A stretch of 61,503 nt of DNA, filler included, from Dugesia japonica (lineage: Eukaryota): NCBI GenBank assembly GCA_001938525.1. It is 5 parts of 5 records of this genome, joined end to end, with 100 filler letters (N's around TTAATTAATTAA, not from the genome) between each part and the next. Parts side by side here need not be neighbours in the genome. Positions count along the whole stretch, not along the records: positions 1 to 22,411 come from MQRL01633926.1; 4 more parts are not named here. One strand, written 5' to 3'. The translations under genes were made by a program, and so were the position numbers. The notes beneath the pieces were generated by a model. That model was not told the DNA's origin, did no database searches, and saw only the letters and a list, made by a program, of their open reading frames with translations. Shown here piece after piece: positions 10,931 through 22,208 of this stretch. How positions within the stretch are numbered: the first letter of the stretch is position 1; each line of letters begins with the position of its first letter.

Positions 10931-12419
10931 CCATTCTTCAAAACATTTTATAGACCCTCCTGATAATGGTAGGGCATTCTTGTTGGAAAATTGTAACATT
11001 TCTTCTTCAAATTTTCTTTCTAGGGTCTTTTGTGATCTTCCAGTACAAAAAATGATTTTCTCTTAATTTTAATTCTTTTTCCTTAATAAATTAATTAATT
11101 TTCCATGATGATTTTTCCATTATATTTTATTACTTTTTTCTGATTTCAGGCAATAAATTATAATTATTCGCCACTGGCTTATTATAATATTCTTCTTCCA
11201 TGATTTCTTCCGGACCCTTTTCTGATTATTAATTAGTCAAATATTGATAAATTGGTGGTAGTTATATTAATCTTTCAAATCCTATTTCTTCTTGGCACCC
11301 CAATTTCGGCACCTAGAGATATTATCCTTACTATCGGGTGTTTCACCCCAACAAAACCTAACATTTCAATAATTTTTTTTTATCAAAGGTTTCCTTCGCC
11401 AATATCTTTGTGTCTTTGTACGCTATGTCAGTGTTACTCTGTTCTTTTGTCTGCAACTCAAACCCTCTTCACAGAATTATCACGTTTACGAGCAAAACTG
11501 CTCTTCGATCTACATAAACATTTATGATATTTGCTATCACCGGTTGTTTTTGATTCGGGTTAGTTCTCTCTCTTGTAGACACCATTTCGGTTTTTGCCTG
11601 AAATAAAAGCTTTTTTGTCTATACTATCTTATCTTTAATACTTGTTGTTTAGCTTTCATTTCCACTGCATACCAATCAATACCTTCCATGATAGCATTTA
11701 CTTTGAACTATTGATCTCTGAATAATCAAAGCCTTATATAAAGTTACAAACAATGATAACAATAAATTCAACACAACGAAAATATTAAAATACTTCCAGC
11801 CGTACGGAGCTTTTCATTGGTCAAATTATAACACTCATACACTCAACACAACTACGAGAGAGTTGTAGGATTTCATACTTTATGCGCATAATGAATATAT
11901 TTGCAAAATTTGCAAAATATAAAATATTTAAAAAATTATAAAATTGATTGAATATTTAAACCTTTCAGGAAAATAAATTTTCAATTTCCATAAAACTTCA
12001 AAAATTGTTTTAAATAAATGGATATGAATAATGAAGTTTTTCTTGCTAACAATAATCCGTTATTTAAATAAATTGCACATTTTTGCTTTTAATTTCTTGG
12101 CAACTTTTGCCAGTGCAACATCCAAAAGTTTTCATGTTCTTCTGCTTGTTAGACCTCTCTTTCATCTACCTTAGGTTATTAGATGCTGCCAACAAATGTT
12201 GAGATCTACGATGTATTTCCATCAAATTATCAATTTATTTCCCTAATCATTGAAGCCACTTTCATACACTAGGTTATTACACTGTGATAAACAAATCACT
12301 CGATACTTCTAAATATTCATAAATACGTAAACACTTTCAGGGACATATTTAAATAAAACAACAGTTAATAAATCCAAACCAAAATTTTCATCATTTTATT
12401 TAAATAAAAATATTTTTAC

Positions 12420-12800
12420 AATTGAAACTATTGCGAGAATAATTGTTGGACATAACCTCTGATCGTTTTACAAAATTCATTTAAAATAAAAGCTTCGATC
12501 AAAATTTTTGTTTTTTATTGATATTTGATAACAATTCGATATTTCGACTTAGTCTTCTTCAGGAATTGACTTTTCCTTAATGTTTAATTGCTGTTTCAGT
12601 AGTCTTACTCAAATATTTAGCTCATCTTTTATCTGCATTCTTATCACTTGTACTGTTTCTAGTTTCTTTTCTTGTTTTGCTATAAACTTTTCAGCGCACT
12701 GTCGTGGGATCTAATAGTTTCCTTCATCATAACTTGACAGCAATATAGAAGTTTTAGGATGGAAATATTAAGAGATCTAATAACAAAAAAAATGATCTTT
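12420..12800 (-). mobile_element. Penelope-like element 3' remnant
   Basis: Decayed ORF tail (..LLKQQLNIKEKSIP) immediately followed by a minimal hammerhead and a dispersed repeat also seen at ~31130, ~42020, ~52200 and ~60650. Confidence 0.5.
12532..12568 (-). ncRNA. Minimal type I hammerhead ribozyme
   Basis: caattc CTGAAGA a gac-taa-gtc GAAA taTC gaattg: both core boxes, stem II, and 6-bp stem I. Confidence 0.7.
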
Positions 12801-13084
12801 TGGTACATTAGTAATTCATAAATTTAAATCATTTATCATATGCCACCTTTTAGTTATCTCAAATCTTTTGAATGGGTGAAGGTCAAAGTTTCCATTCATA
12901 ATTATCAACTTTCTTTTCTCATTCGTTTTGAAGACCCAAGTATGTACATTTTTCATTCATTACTTTTTAATGTTGCTGATAATTTAAATTAAACATGTGT
13001 TAGGTTCTGAGAGCTGAGAACTAACACTAAAGCTTTCTGACTCCAGTTATTAAATTTATTTGGTGTGCAGGTGATTTACACTGA

Positions 13085-13320
13085 GGTGAGTCCAACGATT
13101 ATTCTACCATTCAAGATTTTTCAAATTTTTGTCTTTAAATCTTCACCATCCTAATTACGTCTGATCTAGCTTTTTTGTAAGCCGTGGGTACGGGCTTGGT
13201 AGTGTTTGATGAGAACTCTAGGAATAATAATGGAGTTTATTATTAATTCTCCTGCAAAATTTAATACTTTTGCCACTACTACTGTGGATTCCAGGCTTTC
13301 TCGAACAGTAGCATAATGGG
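13085..13320 (-). pseudogene. DEDDh (REX4/ISG20-like) exonuclease fragment within a longer decayed ORF (~13085-14880)
   Basis: VAKVLNFAGELIINSIIIPRVLIKHYQARTHGL..DGEDLKTKI*KILNGRIIVG follows the REX4-family pattern; intronless, three stops. Confidence 0.55.
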
Positions 13321-16300
13321 ACTATACGAAACAGGTTAAATTATCTTTTTGTTGTCTTGTTAATCGTAGTCACATGAAAGATTTTGCCAATCTCCTGTCA
13401 TTAGCGTTAACATTATATGTCCATCTGACTCGTTTGCTACAAAATTTACTTCACGTTTTTTATTTACAGTACCTCTACTGCTACAAGCGGGGCATCTTTT
13501 CAGTATTGGAAAATAATCTTCAGTTCATGACCACCCGAGTTCCGAATTTACAAAGTCTTGTGTTTTCCAAATACATTAGAGTGGGTACTCCTAATAAATG
13601 TATGGTACATGGTTGATTTATCGCATGGATCCAAAGATTCGATGTCCGAGTTTCCTTCTTTATGTCTGGAAACACATTAAATAAGCTAGCCATTTGCCGA
13701 CTGTTAATAGTTGAGAGGTACATCATTCTCTAGGAGCTTTAAAAACTTGAATTGATTCGAGATTTCTATTATTTTATAATTCTGTTAATACTTAATTTCC
13801 GAAAAGAAATTTTTTTCGATTTGCCCATAAGTGTATTTGCCGAGATCTCTGATTTTGACAACAGACTCTGATTTGTTTGATTCTACTTTGTGGTATTTGA
13901 TAAATAAGTTGTTAGCCATTTCTGAAAATAAAATAATTAATTTTTTATCACATATCATGATATGTCAATCTTGGAAAATTCTATCTTGCATAAATCTAAT
14001 ACTTAGATTTTCTATGGTAATTAGTTTGAGTATAAATATAGATATGATAAATAAATATATACTACTTTTAAATTTAATTTAGGAGCGGCTTATTCATGCT
14101 TCCATTTTATTTACGTTTTCTGAGATGAAGCTAAGTCGCAAGTTTTTAAACTTGTATTGTGCTCAAAGCTATACGACAATCACACTCATAAAGCTAATTG
14201 CTGCTATCAGTAATGTTATCATCAACTGCATGCGTCTTTGTATTTTATCCTCTGTTTTTAACTGTAGTATTGAGCTAAGGTCACCATCGGAAATACTTTA
14301 TCATTGATAATGTTATTCTGATATGATTTAATTTTATTCTAGAAATCCGCATTTAGTCGTCTTAGAATAGGTTTCTTCTCTGTTGGAGTACTTGTAGTTG
14401 TACTAGTTATCTAACTAACTGTAGCACTGCTAGACATTGCTCTTTTTGTAGTTATTTTCGAATCTAATTTCCTTCTTTTAGAAAACACTATATATTGACT
14501 GAATATTTTCTCTGGTTGCCAATAATAATAAACATTTATTGCAGTAATTAACCCTTTACCCTAACTTTCAACGGGGAATCTCTAATTTAAACAAATTACT
14601 TGATTTAGTAGTATGTTTGATAACTCATCTGTTACTAGCTTATCCAAATTCACAGGTAATCCATGATTTTGCTGAGGTATATTCATTTCTTTCTCCTAGA
14701 CTACTTGTGCTTCTTAATTCTGTTGATTTAAATCATCAGTTACTTCTATCGCTATCAAAAGTATTAAGTTGACTTGGTGGTCAATAGATTATTATTACAC
14801 TGATATCTTCTGATTTTGCTGTTGGAAAGGAAAATTATCTAATACTCCATAACAAGCTATCCACATACTACTTTCAAAAGGAACTTCTCGATTTATTTGG
14901 AGAATATTAAAGTAAAATTATCGTTGAATCAGTCGGGATTAATTTTTAGTTAAAGAAGGAATCAGAGAAAGGAATTTATTATCCCTATCGATGTGAACCC
15001 GTATTTATTAGCAGAAAAACGAAAGAAAACCGTTGCAGAAACCCCGCATCTTGATATAGAAAGTAATTATGTTGTTATTATTTTATGTATTAAGAAATAT
15101 TAAATTCGATAATAAATGTCTTTATTCTAATTTATTATATGTTTAATATTATTATTTTTACTTAATAGGTACATAAAATAAGCAATGATTTTAAAAAACA
15201 ACTTTTATTTAAAAAAAAAATAAAATTATTTTTGCATTACCCATTTATGACAAATTCAAATGTTCCCGATCATCTTTTGTTTCATCATAAAGAATTGACA
15301 TATACAAAGATAAAATCCATCCAATAAGTTCCCAGAAAAGTCAATAGCATGATCATCATAAGATGGAATCATCAGGAAAATAACAGTTGTGTAAGTAGGT
15401 ATGTTGGTAATATTGTCAGTAACTGAGTCACTAGAGTCTTCACATTTTAGCGGTGTGTATATAAAAAAAAGAAATCGGTGGATTTGCTAGCAACACTGAT
15501 ATGATCTATTCCATTTCTTCATGAATGATACTTACTGTAGTACACACACACTTGCGACTTACACATTCATGATGATGACTAGTCAACTTCTTAGTAATAC
15601 TATCAGTAACTTGTTATGTCAGAGTTGTGGGTTTACCCCAGTGTGTATGGATTTTTCTGTTAACCGATCCGAATCTGATCAATTATTGAGATATCGTTGG
15701 TAATGATATGTGTAACGGAATATTTTGTTGCATGGGTAGTCACAGTTCTGACGGTTACGGTAACATTCACCACTGCCATGCTAGATCATAGATACCTCAC
15801 ATTACTCATTTCATTAACTTTAAAATTGAATCTTCCTATTGATAATAACATTGAATAATTACTAATTCTAACTCCATCATTCAGATTACTATTGTTAATA
15901 GCATATTTAAAGCGGGGACTCATAACTTAATGTTTTCTTAATCGGATGTAGACTGTGAATGTTTTCTTCTTTACACTATGGATTCCCCCTTTTCTTTCCC
16001 AACAGTTGATAAGAGACTTATGAATGTCACTAATTAATCACTACAGTCGTTATTGCCACACGAATTTATATTATTATTATACGAAAGTTAAAATATTCAT
16101 GACTTGGAATGTTTTAATTTTAATATTAATTCTATTATAAATTTTATTAATCATAAAATTCCGGTTACTATGATTGACATAGGTTTTTTTTCATTAATAG
16201 GTTGGGATAAGCCCCTTTTGGGCTGATATTACTATTAAGGGTCGATTCAATGTAAGGATAGCTTACCCTCTCTAGCACCCCGTCAGTTTTTTGATATTTA

Positions 16301-16364
16301 AAAAATTCGCGTTATTATGCTAATACTGAATTTATATTTTTTAGAAACTGAATTCTCCACACTA

Positions 16365-16549
16365 ATGAATGACATTTTAATAAAAACTCTTCTGTTGATC
16401 AAAAGAGAACGAGAGCGGTCTCGTAAGAAACAGTTAATCGGGCAAATTTTGGCTCCCACTCTAATCTTACATCTGAATTAAACGGATCTCTAGTGTTTTG
16501 AGGAGTTGTATCCTCTACCCTGGACGTGGATTTAGATAAGGAAATCTGA
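16365..16549 (+). pseudogene. LTR ORF family B
   Basis: MNDILIKTLLLIKRERERSRKKQLIGQIL..TDL*CFEELYPLPW..VDLDKEI; stops and a frameshift. Confidence 0.75.
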
Positions 16550-16583
16550 TGTTTGGTTTTGAATATATAATTTTATGATCAAG

Positions 16584-16832
16584 TCGCAACGAAATCGCTA
16601 AATTAAAAATCTTGACATCATCGTCCAAAAACCGGGAGATCTGGCAGAGCAGACAAAACAGTTACTCGCCCATAAGGTTGAATTCCTCGAGCAATACATT
16701 GCTGACCTTTCTAGTTGACTCGAGCAAGAAACATGGACTCACTGGAATAGCAAGGATGATGAAGCCATTTTTGGTTTCATGTCAGTAAAGCCAACCCAGT
16801 GGTTAGATCGGGGTGCTCTAAACTTCATGTAA
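16584..16832 (+). pseudogene. LTR ORF family C, 3' part
   Basis: LDIIVQK..QYIADLSS*LEQETWTHWNSKDDEAIFGF..PTQWLDRGALNFM; AATAAA at 16841. Confidence 0.75.
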
Positions 16833-17073
16833 TTGAAAAGAAATAAATCTTCATGATAATTTATTATTAACTTGCTTGTTTAAATTAGAATATAGGGAAA
16901 ATAATCAACCCGAATTAAAGGTATACGAGTGAGCACTCCAAGTAAGCGGTGGGAGTCAACCGCTCTATGCCGATAATCTAATTAGGGACATTAGATAAAT
17001 TCTTGAAAGGGTTCCCTGAGGGCTGTTTTTCCCCAGCCACATTCTTTCTCAATCCAAACTCAGATGGGACCCC

Positions 17074-17128
<55 letters not shown>
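17074..17128 (+). repeat. (AAT)n microsatellite between two LTR copies
   Basis: Pure AAT run into an N gap. Confidence 0.95.
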
Positions 17129-17728
17129 NNNNNNNNNNNNNNNNNNNNNNNNNNNNNNNNNNNNNNNNNNNNNNNNNNNNNNNNNNNNNNNNNNNNNNNN
17201 NNNNNNNNNNNNNNNNNNNNNNNNNNNNNNNNNNNNNNNNNNNNNNNNNNNNNNNGGGTGAAACACCCGTTAAAAAAGGAAAATAAGGCCAAAGGCCCAA
17301 ATCAGCAAAGAAGAACAGCAGGGCCATTACATTTACCAATAATGGAATTCAAAAGGAAAAGCAATTAAGATCTGGGGTAGGATATAACGAAAATAATCAT
17401 TAGAAAAGAATAAAATAAAATTGGAGATGGATATGAAGAACCGGGTGAATAAAACTAGCATTCATCAAAGATGGGAATTAAAAGGTATTATTAAATTAAT
17501 AATAAAAGTCAAGAAAATCATTATGGGAAAATAATTAATTAACAGAAAAATATTAACTAATTCTGAAATACAACGAAGTAAAATTAGTCAAAAATCCGTT
17601 TTATACGAATAATTCTGCTCAGGAAAATAGCAGAGGCTTTTATTAAGAAAAACTGAAAAGGAAAAGTACCCGAGCATTAGGATTTTGCAACCAGAAAATT
17701 ATATCACCATTAGGAGGGGGTCTGCAAA

Positions 17729-18256
17729 GATTGGGCCAATAAGGTGTTAAGAAAAGAAAATGTAACAAAGACCCGATCATCACATGTTGATTTAAAAATA
17801 GAGGCCAATAGAAGTCCAAGAAAGCCATGAAAAATCTGAAAAATCAACACTAGAACCAATGAAAAGAAAGAAATTCGAATTAAAAATAGTAACCAATGAC
17901 AATGATGCCGAGTTGCATCAGAAAATCGTATATAAACCTCCAAAATTTTAGATGAATTACCTCAAAAAAAATTTGTGTGTAATCTGTTAGTTAATACAAC
18001 GATATACTATAAACTCAAGAAAAACAATTTTTGGAGAGAACACTTTTGACCATTGTTATCACGATTAAAGTGTAAGGCAGAATTATACTTCAATTAATTT
18101 ACTAATTTGAATTTACCCCAAAATTATAGTAGACGAATACTCTAGTGGTAAAAGAAGAAAGTATAATAGGAAGACAGAAATTCACGTGTATTCAGGCCAG
18201 AAAGGAATCCCACCATTATCTAACCGTTGCAGAAAAAAATTTAAGAAAGAGTGAGT
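17729..18256 (+). promoter_or_regulatory. Promoter, leader exon and splice donor of LTR copy c
   Basis: Several CCAAT boxes, TATATAAA 17929-17936, CCGTTGCAG 18224-18232, A(18250)|GTGAGT. Confidence 0.65.
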
Positions 18257-20294
18257 AATAATTTCTATTTTCAATTTGGTGTAATATATGAAGAAATGTG
18301 TTAATAAGATTCAATAAATAATTTGCTATAATTTAACTTTCGTTTAATGATTTGTAAAATGCTAAAGAAAAAAAAAATATTTTTTTTCCAGACAACATTT
18401 AGATACCGCATGCCAGACCGCCGTCGGTGATCATACGATCAATAATGATAACACCAAAATTTTGACGATATCATGAAGCTATGCTGCATGTAAGAAAGCA
18501 AAAACAAATTGTCTGATAATAGCCGTTAAAATTGCTCATAGAAATTCTCTGGATCCGAGCGTAATGTCTACTTTCCTCACGTTAGACGAAAATCAATTAA
18601 ATAACAACTGGCACACTCTCTTTATAGTCGTGGATATGGCAACATCACAATCCAGATACACTTAGGTTTCTCACACACACGCGTAAGCAATCAAGATTGA
18701 TCATTGTAAACTTAATGCAACCGCTCAGCAAAAGTGTGTGTCCTGACCTGGGCAGAGGAATTACCATATGTTCTCAGATATTTTTTGCCAATATCACGTT
18801 ATCGTCGTATTTTCTTGTTTAGTTGGATATGATTTAACTGTTACGAATGACAGATGTAGAAACTCTCAGTTATCAGTATTAACTAATCATGTGACTGTTT
18901 TAATTACCGCTAAAAGTGTCAATCTATTATCAGTCTTATCTTCAACCTATAGATGACAATCGAGAACGGTCTGAAAAACATTGTTAATTTTATCAGACAC
19001 TCGTTCCGTCACTTCATCAGAAATGTAACTGTTAGGGTCATCACAGCTTGTTGATAAAATGCATCAGACGTTGGTAAGAATATAAATCTCGACATGATGA
19101 TTCGCAAATCACACGATATCGACTGTTAATCACGCCATGAAATCATTGTTATTATTATCTTGAATCGCTGTTAGTCCTCAACGTTAGTGATAACGTAAAT
19201 AGTCAAAATTAATGTCCTTACCACAAATTTGCTATTATAAATCATGGTCATAAGTGTTATAGGTATTATTATTCTTCTGACCATTATTAATTACCATTAT
19301 TATTGTTGTCTCATTGATTCAATTATTAAAAGTTCCCTCAATAATATATAGTTATCATGATTATTATCTCATAATGTTATCGGTATTAATATTGTTATTA
19401 TCGTATTATCATTATTATTACTAGTATTATTAACATTATTATTATCAATATTATTATTATTATTATTNNNNNNNNNNNNNNNNNNNNNNNNNNNNNNNNN
19501 NNNNNNNNNNNNNNNNNNNNNNNNNNNNNNNNNNNNNNNNNNNNNNNNNNNNNNNNNNNNNNNNNNNNNNNNNNNNNNNNNNNNNNNNNNNNNNNNNNNN
19601 NNNNNNNNNNNNNNNNNNNNNNNNNNNNNNNNNNNNNNNNNNNNNNNNNNNNNNNNNNNNNNNNNNNNNNNNNNNNNNNNNNNNNNNNNNNNNNNNNNNT
19701 CCTAGCGTCATTATTATTATTACTATTCGTGTCATCATTATTATTATGGTTCCTATTAGCGTTATTATTATCAACATCCTTAAAATTATTAATATTATTC
19801 GTATTATTATTGCTATTATTATTAATATGCCCATTATTATTATCACCCTTCTTAGTATATTATCATTATAATGCGTAGTGTTACTATTATTATTTCTTTA
19901 CGGTTATAGTTATTATGGTTATAATCATTGATACTATTAATATTAATTTTCTTATTAGCCTGGTGCATGGAGTTAGTAGGTTAATGTTATCGACCTTAAC
20001 GTTAGAGTTCCCTCATTACTACTGATAATGTTGATACTATCATTGTAAGTAGTANNNNNNNNNNGTTAAATGATATTGTAAATAATTCTATGGTTTTACT
20101 AGCGTTAGTCACCTCACTTTTAACTCCATGACTACATGCTCCTGATTCCACGGACAGAGCTAATAGAAATACACCTAGATCTCGCCCATATTTTAATAAC
20201 GAGAGATGTCATCAGTGGTAACCACTTCATTTAAGACGGTTCAGGAGAACTGAATCATGAATTTAATTTATAAATATTTGTTTTACTCTAGTTG

Positions 20295-20477
20295 ATGCCG
20301 GCAGTATTACGAGACACTCTTCGTCTAATAAGGAAGCAACGTCAAACTACTCGCCTGAAGCAGTTGATAGCACACTATTTAACGAGTGGTAAAGTTGAAC
20401 ATTCCTACAAGACTGATCTCCAGTGTTTCGTTGAGATGTTCCTACTCGAATATAAAGTGGACATGGATGAGGAATAA
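20295..20477 (+). CDS. LTR ORF family B, intact 60 aa
   Basis: MPAVLRDTLRLIRKQRQ..KQLIAH..TDLQCFVE..VDMDEE; acceptor at 20290-20291; stop overlaps AATAAA. Confidence 0.75.
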   Translation: MPAVLRDTLRLIRKQRQTTRLKQLIAHYLTSGKVEHSYKTDLQCFVEMFLLEYKVDMDEE

Positions 20478-20681
20478 AAGATCGGTCTTATTTATTTGCG
20501 GATACTTCGCATGAAATAAACCTTAATTAATGTGTTTGATTATGTGCAATTCTTATAAAATAAACCCTAAATATTGTTTTAATTGCGAATAATTCTTATG
20601 AAATCTATAAAATATTATTATTTTATAGATTGTAGTCTTTAAAAAAAACCTTACCAGTTATCATTCTAGGATCAGCATCAA

Positions 20682-21110
20682 ATGGAATATAAGTGAGAAG
20701 TAAACCTTGATATCCATTCAGGTAGAACGGTGTTTAAAAGGTATCAAAACCCGTATAATCACGACGCCGGAGTGCTGGTAGATCACTCCAACCTCTCTAC
20801 TGAACAAATGACAGACGAAAGGCGATGGGATGCGACTGAGAGAAGCGTTTATTACAGCTGGTGTGGTCCTAGAAGAGACAGAGTCGCGTTTCCCCCGGCT
20901 CCACTTTCTTTCGAGAGATCGGCTGAAGTACCGCAGATAGAGCGTATGTGGCATGATGGGCCTTCATTAGTCGGCATCACCACGAACCGCTTACCCTCAA
21001 CTTCCCAACTAACTTCTTTCGTCCAGAATTATTTATGGAGTGCTCAAAATGAAGCGTCTAGTAATAATGACGAAAATACCAAAGAAGAAATTTCGGAAGC
21101 TTCGGTGTAA
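20682..21110 (+). pseudogene. LTR ORF family A with W5>TGA
   Basis: MEYK*EVNLD..FKRYQNPYNHDAGVLVD..; acceptor at 20668-20669; AATAAA at 21124. Confidence 0.8.
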
Positions 21111-21258
21111 AGCTGTTGAATAGAATAAATATTTAATTAGGTGTTTGCGTTATCTGACTCGTTGTTACTGTTGTTAGCTATAAACCCAGTCTGTCTTCAT
21201 TTATTAAAATATAAATCTACTAATATCCTGTCCTTCTTTATTTGTATTTGTATTTCAG

Positions 21259-21616
21259 CGCATTTATCCTTGAATAGATCTCATGCCCCGAATAAAAAAT
21301 TACGTGAAACCAGTGAGGGCATAGAGCTCACGTGGGATTTGTATCGGCTCGCTAAGCGGGGTGGAAAGCCGAGACTTCAGCAGCGGAAGCTAAAGTTAAT
21401 CGCTATAATCGGAAATGTTTAACGTTTAAATCCGAAGTAGACGCGACTCAGAACCAAGAGAGGGTTTGGAAGTTGCAAGTCTAAACCTTCACCGAAATAA
21501 TCAAGTCTTATCAGGAGTGTGAAAATAAACTAATGGAAAATATATTGAAATTGAGGACAGCCATACCTTTGACCCCACTCTTGATAGACAAAGGTACCCA
21601 GACTAGCCGTTCCTGA
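21259..21616 (+). pseudogene. LTR ORF family D, ends DKGTQTSRS
   Basis: tatttcag|CG CAT..; YRLAKR/WKAETSAAEAKV..ENKLM..; one frameshift, one stop; AATAAA at 21646. Confidence 0.75.
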
Positions 21617-21735
21617 GTTTTCGTGTTTAAATTTTTATTAACCCTAATAAATTGTTTACTATTTGTATTTTTTCTAATCTACTTCTCCGATTTTAGTTAT
21701 GGAGGTTGTCTACGTGAACTATAATTTTTCTTTAG

Positions 21736-22118
21736 TGCCTTGAATTGTATTCCCGACTAGTTTGCGGAGATATCACCGGATCATGCGCCGTCTGTTGCTG
21801 GAACGTCACCTAAAGCGTAAAGCAGACCGGGCCTTTCTTAAACATCTGGCCCGGTGAGACCAATTAATAAAAAAGTTGGATTTGATAGTTAAGAAACAAA
21901 ATGAGTTGGCGGCCCAAACAAAGGCCCTTGAAGCAGAAACAAAACAACTGCTACACAGAAAGAGATATTTTCTAAAACAATATATAGCGGACCTTTCTTG
22001 CCAGATTGGTAATCCAGCTTGGGTTCAATGGAACGACGATGATGATGTCGCGGCGTTCAATTTTTTGACCACCGACCCAGACCAGTGGTTAGACCAAGGT
22101 GCTTTGGATCTCATCTAA
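21736..22118 (+). pseudogene. LTR ORF family C, begins TG after the acceptor
   Basis: tttttctttag|TG CCT..FPTSL..LLLERHLKR..LIKKLDLIVKKQ..QYIADL..WVQWNDDDD..DQWLDQGAL; two TGA at Arg positions; AATAAA at 22130. Confidence 0.8.
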
Positions 22119-22208
22119 TTTTCAATTAAAATAAAGTTTTATTGTTCAATTCGTTTTAATCTTTGATAAAGCCGTGTGAATAGTGAAAAGAGTGAACCCA
22201 AATTCAAA

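Larger units (their letters stand above)
4410..11353 (-). mobile_element. Giant solo LTR-like unit, copy b (~4.57 kb after removing the nested insertion)
   Basis: Ends TGTTGGGGTGAAACACCC (11353) and ACCCCAACA (4410). Flanks GAAC/AAAC are a probable 4-bp TSD with one mismatch. Contains promoter, leader, B, A, D, C and the terminal hairpin domain. Confidence 0.85.
14880..17077 (+). mobile_element. Giant LTR-like unit, copy d (5'-truncated, A and D deleted)
   Basis: CCGTTGCAG 15030-15038, A|GTAATT donor at 15063, ORFs B and C, terminal hairpin domain, end CCCCAATA. Left boundary approximate. Confidence 0.75.

Noticed and set aside
16978-17368. Poly-I/L/Y/N ORFs here and at 19463, 49026-49399, 50818
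   Set aside because: Translations of AAT microsatellites and N runs.
4656-21110. Alternative genetic code (TGA=Trp) for LTR ORFs
   Set aside because: Trp positions also become TAG and TAA, TGA also replaces Arg, and TGA terminates intact ORFs; decay explains it.
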